NCBI GenBank assembly: GCA_963729045.1
Contig: CAVSMN010000012.1
Coordinates: 339,683 to 403,682, forward strand
Length of the DNA: 64,000 nt
Source of the DNA: an uncultured Nitrososphaeraceae archaeon
Lineage (GTDB): Archaea; Thermoproteota; Nitrososphaeria; Nitrososphaerales; Nitrososphaeraceae
Direction of reading: 5' to 3'
The notes beneath the pieces were generated by a model. That model ran no database searches and was not told the DNA's origin. It saw only the letters and a list, made by a program, of their open reading frames with translations. Positions 1-12,254 of the stretch are shown in pieces. Position numbers and translations under genes: made by a program. Every line of letters begins with the position of its first letter. The stretch's first letter is position 1.

Positions 1-109
1 TTTAGTCAAATTTTGAGTATCATCATTGTAAATTTAACTATCCGTGCATGATCTATGATTAGAATTATTTAGTAGTTATTAATATTACCCATCGATATTA
101 AATAAAGGC

Positions 110-820
110 ATGAGAATCGGTGCGGGGATTGTATTTTTTGATGACGCTAAAGGCTTGAAGAGATGCCTACACTCAATTGCATCCAACGTTGATTTAGTTA
201 TAACCATTGATGGAAAGTTTAAGGAATTTGATGAGGACTATGATATTAGCATTGATGGTTCTAGGGAGGTTGTAGAGTCATTTCCTAATACGAGATATTA
301 TTGTTATCCAAATATTACTGAGATAGAAAAAAGAAACAAATATCTAGAGATCGCTGCAAAATTGGGAATTGATTTTTTGATCGTAATAGATTCAGATGAG
401 TATGCTGTAATCGATAAAGAGGAACTGAGGAGAAATTTGCATTTCATAAAGGCTGGGAAGGAACTGTCGGAAACTTGCAATGAATTTATTCCTGAAGTCT
501 ATGGAATAAAGATGTTTGATGAACAATATGAAAAACAGAACATGATTATAGAAAGATATAACGAAAGGTTGCTTTACAAACCCGGATACCTTCGATATTC
601 TGCAATCCATAGCAATTTAATAGATATCAATAACAGGAATAGGAATTTTACTACGTCAAAATACACTAGTGAAATCGACGGCATCACATTATATAATGAT
701 GATCGTCTTAGAAGTTCAAGTTATATTAGTAAAAGTTTAAAATATCAAACCTATCTGTTTAATTCCGAGAGGATGGAACGAAAAAGAATAGTAGGATATG
801 AGACATTAAGATATAAATAA
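110..820 (+). CDS. Glycosyltransferase family 2-like protein
   Basis: N-terminal 'LKRCLHSI...VDLVITIDG' and a DxD motif 'IDSDE' typical of GT-A fold enzymes. Confidence 0.7.
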   Translation: MRIGAGIVFFDDAKGLKRCLHSIASNVDLVITIDGKFKEFDEDYDISIDGSREVVESFPNTRYYCYPNITEIEKRNKYLEIAAKLGIDFLIVIDSDEYAVIDKEELRRNLHFIKAGKELSETCNEFIPEVYGIKMFDEQYEKQNMIIERYNERLLYKPGYLRYSAIHSNLIDINNRNRNFTTSKYTSEIDGITLYNDDRLRSSSYISKSLKYQTYLFNSERMERKRIVGYETLRYK

Positions 821-861
821 TCCTAGTGTATTATCCACAAGAAAATTTCTTTCGCTAACCC

Positions 862-1766
862 CTAATTTGAAGCCAAATTTGATAATTGGTCAAGGATTTG
901 TCGAGCCTTAGTAGCGCTTTTTTCCTTGTCTTTTATTTCAAGCATAAGGTCGTAACTATAATCAATTGTAGAAGATAAAAAGTTCTTGAACTTCATTACA
1001 TCCAAAGTATTAGCATGTTTTCCTTTCCTGAAATTTGGTTCTTGATTACTATAGTCAATCATCAGTACCCCATCTCTGTTTTTCTCCCACGTATTGTCTG
1101 CAGAACTTATGGCATCTTGTACCGATACGGCCATCATTCTTACATTCGTGGTGAAATACATCCAACAAGACGGGAACATTCGTTTTGTCGTGTATTTTTA
1201 AGCAATCATTTAAACTAAAACGATAATCATCATTTTCGATTGCCATTCTCGACCTAACCTCATCAGACAAGAGTGTATTATAGTTTTTGATGAACCTATC
1301 CAATGAGGAGATTTTGTCATCATAAGTTCCTCCAACGTGGATCTGAATTTTTGCAGTGTTATCTAGCTTCATTGCGTTGAGGAGGGCAGTTTGGTAATTG
1401 ATTTCTCTTATTCCGTTTTTCTACAACTTCATTATTTGGTGAATTCAATATGACAAATTGGTCTGGGTGCATGGAAATTCTGATTTTCTTTTCTTTAGCA
1501 ATTTGACCGATATAAAACAAATCTTTCTTGAAATAATTTTCCCAATCAAATTTGCATATTGGGTGTGAAGCGAATGGAATTATGTCAGAACTGATTCTAA
1601 AAAACAGGAAATCATGTTGAATATTATAGTCCAAGATATCTTTGAGTACCTCAAGATTATAACTGACCGCCTTGATTAATTTTTCTTCAGAGTACGAAGA
1701 TATTCTAAACGTGGAAATAGTTTTTTTTCCTAACGATTGGTTAATGCACGGATATCCTATTTTCAT
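862..1766 (-). CDS. uvsE: UV damage repair endonuclease UvsE (split over three ORFs by two apparent frameshifts)
   Basis: MKIGYPC start, 'FFRISSDIIPFASHP', 'SMHPDQF', 'IHVGG', 'IENDD', 'LDVFHH', 'LMLEIKDKE' spread across ORFs 1359-1766, 1055-1372 and 862-1179. Confidence 0.9.
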
Positions 1767-2151
1767 TACTCAGACTTTTTCTTCCAAAAATTGTTGGAGG
1801 TTTGATTCTAGTAATGAAAGATTCGCCTCTAGTATCAGATTCCAAAATCGTTTTGGCTATTATTACTAAGGACCTCTTGATATTTGATGTTTTGTATTTT
1901 GGGTCAGTTGTAGGGTATAGTCTCACAGTTATCTTATCAGACTTTTTGATCAATTGAATAAAATAGTTTTGGGTAAATCTGGGTTCGATTGTTATTGTGT
2001 TTATTAGAATAGTATCTTTGGAAACACTTTGAAATGATTCCTTAAAATTATAAATGCATCCTCCATCGAGGGTGCTTCTAATAATCCTACCTTTAAAGTC
2101 GCTATGAATCAGGTCAAAGTTGACTAGACTATTTATGATAATGTGAGGCAT
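1741..2151 (-). CDS. Hypothetical protein, overlapping and upstream of uvsE
   Basis: 136-aa ORF with ATG start; no recognisable motif. Confidence 0.55.
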   Translation of the reverse strand: MPHIIINSLVNFDLIHSDFKGRIIRSTLDGGCIYNFKESFQSVSKDTILINTITIEPRFTQNYFIQLIKKSDKITVRLYPTTDPKYKTSNIKRSLVIIAKTILESDTRGESFITRIKPPTIFGRKSLSNENRISVH

Positions 2152-2322
2152 TATTCAAAAAGAGTTTTTTTATAGTTTACCTGGGAACAATAACTAAAAT
2201 CAGACCTATGAAAATTCTTTTGACTTCATTCTCGATTCTTGATTTCTTTATTGAAAAGGGTGGGAAAAAGATGATTCAATACCAGTAAAAACCTCCAAGA
2301 ACAAATCGATTCCAAATATATA

Positions 2323-2922
2323 CTATGATTTTGAGGACAAATTTTCTAAAGTCAATAATTCATTCGCACTCCTTGATAAGGTTTTGAGTTCCATCAATCT
2401 ACCCGAAATGTATCCCAAAAGTACGCCGTAAATGATATGAAAAGCTAGGGAACCCAGTATGATTATAGGGTAAAGACCTTCAAAATTTGTGACTATCGAA
2501 TATACATACTGATTGGGGGTTATTGAATTTCTAAATGAATCAATCATCGGTTGAATAGCGAATGTTGCTACTGGTACAAATAACAATGTCCATAAAACTA
2601 CTCCCACAATAATCCCAGTTACCATGCCATGCCTTGCATTATAAGGAGAGATGCGACGCCAAAATATTGATACTTGCCCAAAAATATTACCAGCAATGGT
2701 ACCTGTTAATAAATGTAAAGCAAAACCAATTAAAGGAGCAGCAGCGGGATCATAGAAACCCAGTGATACTCCTATTATTCCAAAAAATGAACCAGGTGGC
2801 GTTTGGGAAATAACATCTATTGAAACTAACAATCCTGATATTCCCCAAGATGCAATGAAACCTGCTAGGGAACAATAAAGTATGAACAATTTTGGGGAAT
2901 CTTCAATTTTGAATTTTAGCAT
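2323..2922 (-). CDS. Multi-pass membrane protein of unknown function
   Basis: About four hydrophobic segments; His residues in 'ALHLLTG' and 'AFHIIYG'. Confidence 0.65.
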   Translation of the reverse strand: MLKFKIEDSPKLFILYCSLAGFIASWGISGLLVSIDVISQTPPGSFFGIIGVSLGFYDPAAAPLIGFALHLLTGTIAGNIFGQVSIFWRRISPYNARHGMVTGIIVGVVLWTLLFVPVATFAIQPMIDSFRNSITPNQYVYSIVTNFEGLYPIIILGSLAFHIIYGVLLGYISGRLMELKTLSRSANELLTLENLSSKS

Positions 2923-3084
2923 AGCCTGATATGGATAATCTATTATTTAAGAAATAGTAAAAACGATACCATAATGCCTAACTCTTTATAACACCTGTTT
3001 CATTTCCCAGCATTCTTTAGAAAGGTGCTCAAGACTTATTCTAGCACCTAAGAGTATTTTTTAATTCTCAAAATTTGCTTGGAT

Positions 3085-4504
3085 TTATTGACGCTCGAGG
3101 AATCCCTGCTCCGTTTTATTTTCAATCTGACGGCCCAAAAGAAGTCTTACAGCATCCTCTAAATTGGTATTCATGAAGGGATAACCAGAAGTCAATAGCT
3201 TTTGGGGTTTTACAACACCATTGGAATCGCTAATGGTATCCGCGAAATCTCCAACCGCTAGTTTCATGAATCCATAGCCAATTCTCAAAAAAATCTGATT
3301 TTCTAATATTTTTGAAATTAGTTTCAAAAAAATCTGAAGCCTTTACCGGGTTGGGAGACACTATGTTAATAGGTCCACGGATGTTAGTGTTTCCAATCAC
3401 ATACAAGATACATCCTATGACATCCTCAATTGATACCCAATTAATAACGTTAGTTCCTTTACCAAATCCTATTCCTGTTTTTAGGTAAGAAGCAAGAGTA
3501 AGTGGTTTCAATATTCCTCCCCTTGGAGATAGTATTAGACCAAAACGGGCATTTATCACCCTGATACCTATAGCTTCAACAGATTTTGAATGCGATTCCC
3601 AGTCAACACACAAGTTGGCTAGAAACCCATCTCCTGCTGTAGTTTCTTCTGTGACAACCTCTTCGCCACGATTTCCGTAATAACCAATTGCTGAAGCACA
3701 TAATAAAGTTGAAGGAGGTTTTTTAAGTTTCTTTAAGGTGTTGCATAATAGTTCGGTTGTTTTCACTCGGCTATCACGTATGCGCTTTTTCTTTGATTCT
3801 GACCATCTACCACCTATGTTTTCTCCGGACAAATGGATAATAATGTCAAATCCTTCTAGATCAATTGGGTCAATCATTCCAGTTTCAGGATCCCAAACTC
3901 TGAAATTTGAACTGTTATCGCTCTCAGGGTATTTGGAAGTGGGCCTTACCAATCTTGAAATCTTGTGTTCTCCAGCGGTTTCTAGAAAAGGTATCAGAGC
4001 AGATCCAATTAGCCCAGTAGATCCGCTAATTAGAATTCTTTTTCCCCTATTCTCCTTTAGCAGGCCCCATAATTTCAAATCATTTTGCAATATTCGATGT
4101 CGATAACTGAACATTTGAATTAGGGTTTTATTGATTCGATTCCTGAAAATATTAAATCTATTTAATCCGTACGGTAAAGAATACTTTATTTTGTCCTCCA
4201 TTATACATCCGCTTATTTCATTAGGAGCAAACGAGTGGGTATGTATCCAAGTCTTTAACGGCCCTTTGATCATTTCATCTTGAAATATTTGATCTTGAAT
4301 GTATCCAAAGTGCTTTGCAATCCATTTTAATTTTAGCGGTCCATATTGCAATACTAGGATACAAATTGCTCCATTTTCTAGTCCATTATTTCGTTTAATG
4401 ATTTTTAGAAAACTCCAAGGCGGGATCATTCTATCTATTGCTCTATATCTTGCGTGATAATTGAAAGCATCATGTACCTCGTAAGGGATTTCAACCCGTT
4501 TCAT
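3085..4504 (-). CDS. TIGR01777-family NAD-dependent epimerase (YfcH-like) with N-terminal SRPBCC domain; frameshift near 3325
   Basis: SRPBCC-like 'FQDEMIKGPLKTWIHTHSF'; Rossmann 'ISGSTGLIG'; 'ASAIGYYG'; C-terminal 'VKPQKLLTSGYPF' in ORF 3085-3327. Confidence 0.85.
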
Positions 4505-5238
4505 AAAAAATGCGGTTTTGTTTGATGTAATCGCTTGAATCTTTCAATAAAATGATCTAAATCTAGTATTCACCTTAATCTGTTTTTTGCAATAAAATTT
4601 AAGTGTTGGCAGCAGAGAAATACACATAGATAAATAAAATTATCTTTAAGTTTCGTATGTATAGTATATTTTTTGCTCATGCTGATCTTTTTTGTTTCAA
4701 AAATTGATAATTCTTTTCATTCATTCCGCTTCTAGTCGATTTGATCTCTTCAAAGCAAATTAAATAGATATTAAAAGACTAACTAACAACTCATAAACCT
4801 AGAATAACATATTAAAATTTAAAACTGTTATCTTTATTGTTTTCATCATATTGGCTGTAAAACGGATGTTGCAAGCTAGTTAATTGTTTTCGACACATTG
4901 TACAATCCATTTGAAAACTATTTTTGTCAATCCAATGAATTTATTTAACCCTCTAGTAGTCAATGTATCTAAGAGGGATGAGGGAAATGTATTTTTAATA
5001 CATTCAAGATGCAAATCCTCAATTTTTGAATTCATTTAATATTTATGGATCACTATTTTGTTTAATTAGAACCTGAGATATAGGAAAATATGAAAAATTA
5101 TGCCAAACAACAGACGGATGTTTTTTGCACTGGGCAGACCTTAATTCTATGCAGTGATAGTCATGATCTACTTCACAATGAGTCAGATCATTCTGAACTT
5201 ATAGGGGCGCTCAATTTGGTACCAAAAACTAAGAGAAT

Positions 5239-6195
5239 TTGAATATCTTGAGATATCAATTCAGAGATTGGAGAATGAGATATAAATTGAAGAATGATGA
5301 AATGTGGCCAACACTTCCTGTTGCTACCTGGAAGGAAACATATGAAACGTTGCATATGTTAACACAAATCGTGGGCAAGATTCGGCTTGCAACTACCCCA
5401 ATGGAAAATCATTGGTGGAACTCTACACTATATGTTACACCAAACGGGCTAACCACATCCGTGATGTACTATAATGATATCCCTTTTAAAATCGAATTTG
5501 ATTTGAACAAACATTTCTTAATTATTGAGCAAGCTTTTGGTTACGTTAAGAAAATTCCCCTAGAGTCAAGACCCGTAGCAGATTATTATAAGGATATAAT
5601 GTCAACACTGGAATCAATTGGTATTTCATTAAGGATCTGGAGTACACCAGTTGAGGTGGAAAATGGAATTCCATTTGAGAAAGATTATACCCATTCAACC
5701 TACGACAGTGATTCGGCCAACAAATTTTGGCGGATACTTATACAGTCCTCACGATTATTTACAGAATTTAGATCAAGTTTTTTGGGCAAGGTCAGTCCAG
5801 TTCATTTTTTTTGGGGAGCTTTTGATTTGGCTGTAACTCGTTTTTCTGGACGAAGAGCTCCTGTTCATCCTGGCGTTCCTAACTGTCCGCAACATGTAAT
5901 GGTCGAAGCATATTCTCATGAAGTTAGCAGTTGTGGATTATGGCCAGGAGGTGGACCATTTGAAGGACCAGTATATTATTCGTATTCATACCCTGAGCCT
6001 CAAGGATTCAAAGATGCTAAAGTCGAGCCTGCAGGAGCGTATTACGAGGGCAGCATGGGTGAATTTATTTTGCCTTATGAGAATGTTCGGAAAAGCGAGT
6101 CACCAGATCAATCATTACTTAGCTTCCTTCAGAGTACTTATGAAGCTGCGGCTGAGGCAGCAAAGTGGGAACGTACCATGTTGGAAAGACAATAA
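5239..6195 (+). CDS. DUF5996 family protein
   Basis: 'WPTLP...TLHMLTQIVGKIRL...NHWW', 'GKVSPVHFFWGAFDLAVTRFSGR', 'YSYSYPEP'; true start is probably a downstream ATG. Confidence 0.8.
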   Translation: MNILRYQFRDWRMRYKLKNDEMWPTLPVATWKETYETLHMLTQIVGKIRLATTPMENHWWNSTLYVTPNGLTTSVMYYNDIPFKIEFDLNKHFLIIEQAFGYVKKIPLESRPVADYYKDIMSTLESIGISLRIWSTPVEVENGIPFEKDYTHSTYDSDSANKFWRILIQSSRLFTEFRSSFLGKVSPVHFFWGAFDLAVTRFSGRRAPVHPGVPNCPQHVMVEAYSHEVSSCGLWPGGGPFEGPVYYSYSYPEPQGFKDAKVEPAGAYYEGSMGEFILPYENVRKSESPDQSLLSFLQSTYEAAAEAAKWERTMLERQ

Positions 6196-6821
6196 CAGTC
6201 TTAATTGGAGTCCTATATCGAATTGTCAGTATGCCTTGGCTTGAGAGGCTACCGATCTATTCCATGCTAATTCAAATGATAAATTACAATATTAAGCACA
6301 ATTTCGCTGTTGATACCATCTCCCTAAGCCACATAATTCCAAAACCATATATCGGATCCATCATAAAATTTTAAAATAATTCTTCTTATGGATGTTTGAA
6401 TTAAGTATGTTGCAGGACAAAAAAATCCACTGTTTTCTATTATTTTAGAACTAAGTTTTATCGTCTCTTGAGAAGCAGCAATATTATTCCATGCAGTTAC
6501 ACCATTCTAGTTTAATCCCTAGGATATGATTTAGATCTCATACCCCGATTGACAACTACGCAAAACAACTAATAAGATATGAACGATGGTTCTTACTTTC
6601 TAATCAAAATAATTGAACTCACCTAATCACACAACATTGACTTTAATTTCCGAATCTTCATTCCATTTTGGTGATGCAAATGACAATTCCCTGTTCTCTA
6701 CTAATATCCTTTATTGTCCTAATGACGATTGCATACTCTGAGCTTCTGTAAATGACTTGAATTTAAATGTCTTTAAACAGGAAGATCCATGAGGTTCTTA
6801 TTATTAACTATCTTACATGTT

Positions 6822-7857
6822 TTAGTTAGTGGTATCCATATTAGGATAAATAATTTTAAAGTCATCCTTCATGCTGACGGTAATCCAGTTTCGGTTTTGT
6901 GCTTCTATTAGCGCATTTTTAGCATGTATGTCATAGGAATATTCTCTCATGGCATCGTCGTGATGGACTAGAATTTGAAGTGATCTGCCGGGATGTTATT
7001 ATCTTCAGTATATGTAAGCATCTCCAAATCTCCATCTGAATTTCCGACTGCTAATACGGGCACTTTTCCTATATGGAGCTGAATATTTTCTGGTTTTACT
7101 TCGTTGTCATTATAAAAAGCTAATTTTGACTCTCTAAAAATGCTCGATTTACTTCTGTTGGTTCCTTTAATGTATCTGAATTTTATGCTACTGCCTATTA
7201 TCTGATCTGAAGGTATTCCGTACACATCAGAAAGAGATTCTCTTACAAAGTCTACTCCACCAGCAGAAACAATGAATGTTTTAAAATAATTATGCTTAAG
7301 AAAATCGATAAGTTCGATCATTGGCTGGTATACCATCTGCACAAATCTTTTTTCGCGTATGGGGATGTTGTGCTGTCTTAATCCACATGTTTACCATTTT
7401 ATTGAATTCGAGTTGTGTAATATTTGAATGAGTTAACAAAACGAGTGACATGATATCCTTTTTACTTAAATGTAAATTTGCAAAATCCTTATTCAGAAGT
7501 TGTTTGATCAGTGGATCACGTTTTAATTCTGGATTTGACTTTGACAATTCTTCAAGTCTATCGAGGACGAAAATGCCCTGGAAATAAGTTGGTTTTTCTG
7601 CCCATAAAGTTCCGTCATTATCCATGACTTGCGATTCTGTCTTCTGGCGGAATGTAATTGGGATTTTCTAGATCGATTACACCTGTTATAAAATTTAATA
7701 TTCTTTCTTTTACCATACCTTGGTTCCAAGAAGGAAGTGGATCTATCGTGGTTGAATACTTTTTTTCTGAAATCGACAATGTTTGAATAGAAATCAATGA
7801 TTGTTTATATCCTAATCTTCTTATCAGCTCCAGAAGTCTTGACAAGTGATTCGGCAC
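6822..7857 (-). CDS. HAD-superfamily hydrolase (several apparent frameshifts)
   Basis: 'DPLPSWN', motif I 'DNDGTLWAEKP', 'IVSAGG', 'AVGNSDGDLEML', C-terminal 'WITVSMKDDFK' read in another frame down to a stop at 6822. Confidence 0.8.
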
Positions 7858-7940
7858 TGACAGACATACGGACTAATAATCATATCTTTTCAATGAGACT
7901 CACACAAAGAAATTAACCTTTTGAGTTGCAATCACCCTTT

Positions 7941-8039
7941 TTACCTCATAAATAAAAGAACTTTTTCCAATCTTTTTAGATACTCTTCCTTTGTAACGGG
8001 TAATTTCACAGTAAAGGAAAACAATGACCACAAATTCTG
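7941..8039 (-). pseudogene. Short remnant resembling the N-terminus of a thaumarchaeal tyrosine integrase
   Basis: Manual translation QNLWSLFSFTVKLPVTKEEYLKRLEKVLLF follows the same pattern as the N-terminus of the integrase at ~61580 (PYSRFLYA...TLDYYQRKFQFFLNY). Confidence 0.35.
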
Positions 8040-8369
8040 TCGAGTTTGTCACCTTAATTTGATTTTGATTTTGTCTACTACTTCCTTTATTTCACATTCT
8101 AAAATGTAAAATTGAACTTTGAGAGAAGTTAACAGCATAGGCACAAAGGGCTTTATACCGAAATCGATTCTTTAGCTTGTTTAAAAGCCTCTTATTTTAG
8201 GAAATTTTTTATGAGGTACTCTATTATGAATTTAGTTGCCAAGTTAAAGGAATTATGAGCAGATTCATCTTCTCATGATAAGTCTAGATGGTTTGAATAT
8301 TTGGTAGGATTTGTCAAGTTTCTGTCATATTGACGGTCAAGACAATGTAGTAAAAAAGCGACTGATGAA

Positions 8370-8606
8370 TTATTCTCGTTGTTGTCTTCCTTGTTCTTCC
8401 ATTTGTTTAACATATTCTCTGGCCATATTAAGCATGGTGGGCTTGACTGAATCACAAAATAGCGTACATAAGAAGTCAAAGTTTGATTCAGTCATTTGCA
8501 TGTACGTTTTATGATAATTAACTGCAAAATTATACCATACATCCTGCATTATCTTAAAATAATCATTCGTTAGATAATACTTTTCTGATTTTGTTTTGTC
8601 ACTCAT
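8370..8606 (-). CDS. Small hypothetical helical protein
   Basis: 78-aa ATG ORF, amphipathic character. Confidence 0.5.
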   Translation of the reverse strand: MSDKTKSEKYYLTNDYFKIMQDVWYNFAVNYHKTYMQMTESNFDFLCTLFCDSVKPTMLNMAREYVKQMEEQGRQQRE

Positions 8607-9309
8607 ACTACTGAAATTTTGTAACTTCTATAAAAAGTAATTACCTCCTAAAAGAATGAAATTTCGATTTATTGAATTATCTATAGTTTCTAGACTCTAT
8701 GATAGGCTTGTTTGACAAGGACCATTTGCTAAATTTCTCTTATTCTTTTCCAGTAAAATGAGCATTCAGTTGTATTAATTCTTGTAATTTTTTATAAAAT
8801 TCCATTGCAACCCTCTTAGATCTCCCCACTTGTTGATAAACTCTAATCTAAAAAACAAATGAATTTCTAATAAAATTAGGAATTGCAATCCGACAATTAC
8901 CTATGAGAAGAGGTTTGGCTTAACTTCTCACAGGCTAGAGAGACATTGGCTGAGATACTTCAAATATAGAAGTGTTGATTTAGAATTTAAGCTTTAGGGG
9001 AATTAAGTTCTATACTATTATAACATAAATAGCTAGTTAGGAGGAGAACGTATATTTCACCTATTATCATTGGGAGGATTTCCAAAAGAACCTAAGGGCG
9101 ACGTAGAGGCTAAGACCAGCAGCAACAAAAAACAAAGCATTTTTGAATTAACCCGTTGGATAATATCTCTAGGGTTCGGTGTCTAAAGGAACTAACTTCG
9201 ATATGATCTGCGATAGCAACCGAAATGTAAGACGATTAGATCCGATAGAGTTTTCCCTTATCTTCTTCTTTCTCTAATTTGACGGCACATATTTAAACGT
9301 CCTCTAAAA

Positions 9310-9897
9310 GTGTTACTTATGAGACGTGACCGGCTTTACAAAATCCTAGAATCATACCCTATTTTTGTACCTGCTATTGTAGCAATATTGATTGTAATTT
9401 TTGGGGGTATCGGGGTGTATCTGGCCGAACACAATCATCCAGGCGCAAATATAACTAACTTAGGCAACGCCTTTTGGTGGGCCATAGTTACAATCACAAC
9501 AGTAGGATATGGTGAATATTTCCCACTCACTTTCGTTGGACGGGTGATTGGGGTATTAGTGATGCTCACAGGAATCGGTACTGCTGTAGTCATCGTAACT
9601 ATCTTTGCGGACAGGAGACTAAAGGATTTAGAGTCAAGGTTAAAGCCAAAGACTGATGTACATGCAAGATTATTCGGTGCTGAAACAAAGACTGATATAA
9701 AAGTCAAGATTGACGGGATAGAGAATTTGACTGAAGAGGATTTTGATAATCTTATCATTATGATGAAAAGTCTGCGACGTACTTTACTTGAGGAGTCCAA
9801 GAACTTATCCAAGTGCTCGGTATGTGGTAACGCCTATTATAATAAACCTAAATTTTGCAGCAATTGTGGTTTTAAACTTACTTCAAATATCCATTAA
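9310..9897 (+). CDS. Two-TM potassium channel (KcsA-like) with C-terminal zinc ribbon
   Basis: 'AFWWAIVTITTVGYG' selectivity filter; C-terminal CSVC...CSNC. Confidence 0.9.
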   Translation: MLLMRRDRLYKILESYPIFVPAIVAILIVIFGGIGVYLAEHNHPGANITNLGNAFWWAIVTITTVGYGEYFPLTFVGRVIGVLVMLTGIGTAVVIVTIFADRRLKDLESRLKPKTDVHARLFGAETKTDIKVKIDGIENLTEEDFDNLIIMMKSLRRTLLEESKNLSKCSVCGNAYYNKPKFCSNCGFKLTSNIH

Positions 9898-9909
9898 ACT
9901 AGATTAAAG

Positions 9910-10686
9910 TGAAATCCTGATCTATTTTTACCATATGCGAGTATATACGAATCACTCAGAGAGTTCGGGTATCATTTACCAGAATTAAAAAAGACTTTAA
10001 ATGAACTAGTCAAATGTAAATATGTCTTATCTGCAGAAAAAATCCCATTTAGAGAAATGGATTTGATTAGAACTCTTAATCAGTGTAATATTCGTCATAA
10101 TCTTATAATAATTAATTCATTTAAGAAAACTCTCCTGAATAATAATCCTGACGTATTTTCATTACAATGAATAGATGCATATAATATAACACATACAATT
10201 TTTTACCAAACTGATTTTGGATTTTCAAATAAGATTGAAGTTGACACAAGAAAAATGTCACAAATAAAATGGATATTGAATACTTTATTGGTTATCTATA
10301 CGATTGATCAGGATTGGGATGTTATCGCTGAATTATTAGTTTGTTGTGACTGCCTGTACTGGCATCCCCCATTTTACCAAACAGCATGGGAACAGCTGAT
10401 AGCGGCTCAAAAACCTAATGGTAGTGTTCCTCGATTTAGCAAATCAATGATTATAAATGATAAAGATCTTGGTTCTTCTAAACTAAAAATTTTTGAAAAT
10501 CACTATCCTACAACTATAGTAACTGCGTTGGTATGTATATTACGACGTAATAGTAGCAATATGAATGATTTTGGCGTATTTGTTTATAGTCCTAAAGTAT
10601 ATGAGTGTTTTAAATGCGATTCCTATAATATAGTCTATAAACTAAACCTCCTTATCTTCAATTATGTAAATATATTCTTCATTTGA
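9910..10686 (+). pseudogene. Truncated DUF6895-like (alpha/alpha-barrel, prenyltransferase-repeat-like) gene
   Basis: The frame upstream of ORF 10255 reads EKIPFREMD...DAYNITHTIFYQTDFG with an in-frame TGA at 10168-10170, then DWDVIAELL, AWEQLIAAQKPNGSVP, HYPTTIV; no start codon found. Confidence 0.5.
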
Positions 10687-11026
10687 ATCTTGAGATGTGA
10701 TTTGTGGGTGGCTTATTTTCCTTCCCTCAATATTGGTCATACGCGTTCACATCTATTGTATAAACACAATCCAGCCAGTTAAATGCTCCTTGAATCCCAT
10801 TCTCCGAAAGTATTCTTCCTAAGTTTTCTTGCACTAATCTATCTGGTTCGATGAGATGCAATACACTTGTGTTTGCAACTTCAACCAGATAATTATGATG
10901 TGCTGATTCTAAACACACTGTCAAAAGACGAATATTATTCGTAAAGACTTTTGGTTTGAGTAGACATTCGTATCTCGCAATAATAATAAATCTTTTTACG
11001 TTATAATTGACTATCTATTTTGGTAA

Positions 11027-12223
11027 TTGTCTTCAGAAGGTAAACGGGTCTTAATTTTGGGTGCAGGATTCGGAGGGTTAACAACTGCTAATTTATTGCA
11101 GAAAAATCTTTCTTTATCCTCAGTAAAACATCAAATTAGTATTGTCGACTCCAAAGACTATTTCATAATGGGACTTGTAAATTTATGGATTTTAAGTGGA
11201 ATAAGAACACTGGATGATTCTAAAATAGCATTAAGCAGGCTAGAAAATAGAGGAATAAGATATTTAAATGCTGAAGTAACGGCAATTGATCCTGTCTCAA
11301 GGACTGTCACAATCAAAGGGAATTCGACTCCTAGATTAGAATATGACTATTTGGTGATAGCATTAGGATCAGAATTTGCACTTGAACATGTCAAGGGATT
11401 TTTAGAAAATGGTGGTTCTAATCTATATGATGCAGAGCAAATTCCAAAATTAAGAGAAAAGATACTTTCATTAAAAAAGGGGAGAATAGTAATATGCATA
11501 ACCTCTGTTCCATACAAATGCCCACCAGCACCATATGAGGCATCTCTCCTTATCAATGATATTTTAGTTAAGAATGGTACAAGGGATTCAATTAATATCG
11601 AAATTTATACACCCACTCCAATTGCTTTGCCTGTAGCTGGAGCAAAAGTGAGTCATGAAGTTATTAACCTTCTTAATGATAACCATGTCAATTTCCATCC
11701 GTTACATAAAATAAAGTCAGTCTCAGACACAAAAGAGATAGAGTTTGAAAATGGACATAGGGTAAAATATGATTTGTTGATAGGTATCCCTCCTCATAAA
11801 GTTCCTGAAGTAATAAGGAATTCTGATCTAGTAAAGCAAGGACAAAACTGGATTAATGTCGACAAGTTCAGTCTTAAGACAGATTATCAAAATGTTTTTG
11901 CGATAGGGGATGTAAATGAAATTAAAGTAACTGAAAATGTGGCTATTCCTAAAGCTGGAGTATTTGCAGAAGCTCAGGCGAAGGTAGTTAACCAACAAAT
12001 TATTGATGATATTGAAAACAACAAGGATAAACGATCATCATCAAAATTTGATGGAAAAGGTTTTTGTTTTATGGAAGTTGGAAATAAGAAGGCAGGGTAT
12101 ATTTCCGCAGATTTTTATAATGAAAATGGTCCTGTCACTCTACTTGAGCCACCATCTAAGGAATCATACGAAAAGAAATTAAATTTTGAAAGAAGTAAGG
12201 TAAGGGAGTGGTTATTATCGTAG
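11027..12223 (+). CDS. sqr: FAD-dependent oxidoreductase, sulfide:quinone oxidoreductase (type III-like) family
   Basis: 'GAGFGG', 'YKCPPAPYE', 'VFAIGD', 'PKAGVFAE', 'FDGKGFCFME'. Confidence 0.8.
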   Translation: MSSEGKRVLILGAGFGGLTTANLLQKNLSLSSVKHQISIVDSKDYFIMGLVNLWILSGIRTLDDSKIALSRLENRGIRYLNAEVTAIDPVSRTVTIKGNSTPRLEYDYLVIALGSEFALEHVKGFLENGGSNLYDAEQIPKLREKILSLKKGRIVICITSVPYKCPPAPYEASLLINDILVKNGTRDSINIEIYTPTPIALPVAGAKVSHEVINLLNDNHVNFHPLHKIKSVSDTKEIEFENGHRVKYDLLIGIPPHKVPEVIRNSDLVKQGQNWINVDKFSLKTDYQNVFAIGDVNEIKVTENVAIPKAGVFAEAQAKVVNQQIIDDIENNKDKRSSSKFDGKGFCFMEVGNKKAGYISADFYNENGPVTLLEPPSKESYEKKLNFERSKVREWLLS

Positions 12224-12254
12224 TCCGCTACCTGTATGTCTAATGTTCTTTTAC

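Noticed and set aside
8370..8606. Phasin (phaP) assignment
   Set aside because: Only a general amphipathic resemblance, and it lies 15 kb from phaEC
10168..10170. In-frame TGA as selenocysteine or readthrough
   Set aside because: Not at an evident Cys position, the gene lacks a start, and no SECIS-like element or Sec machinery is visible
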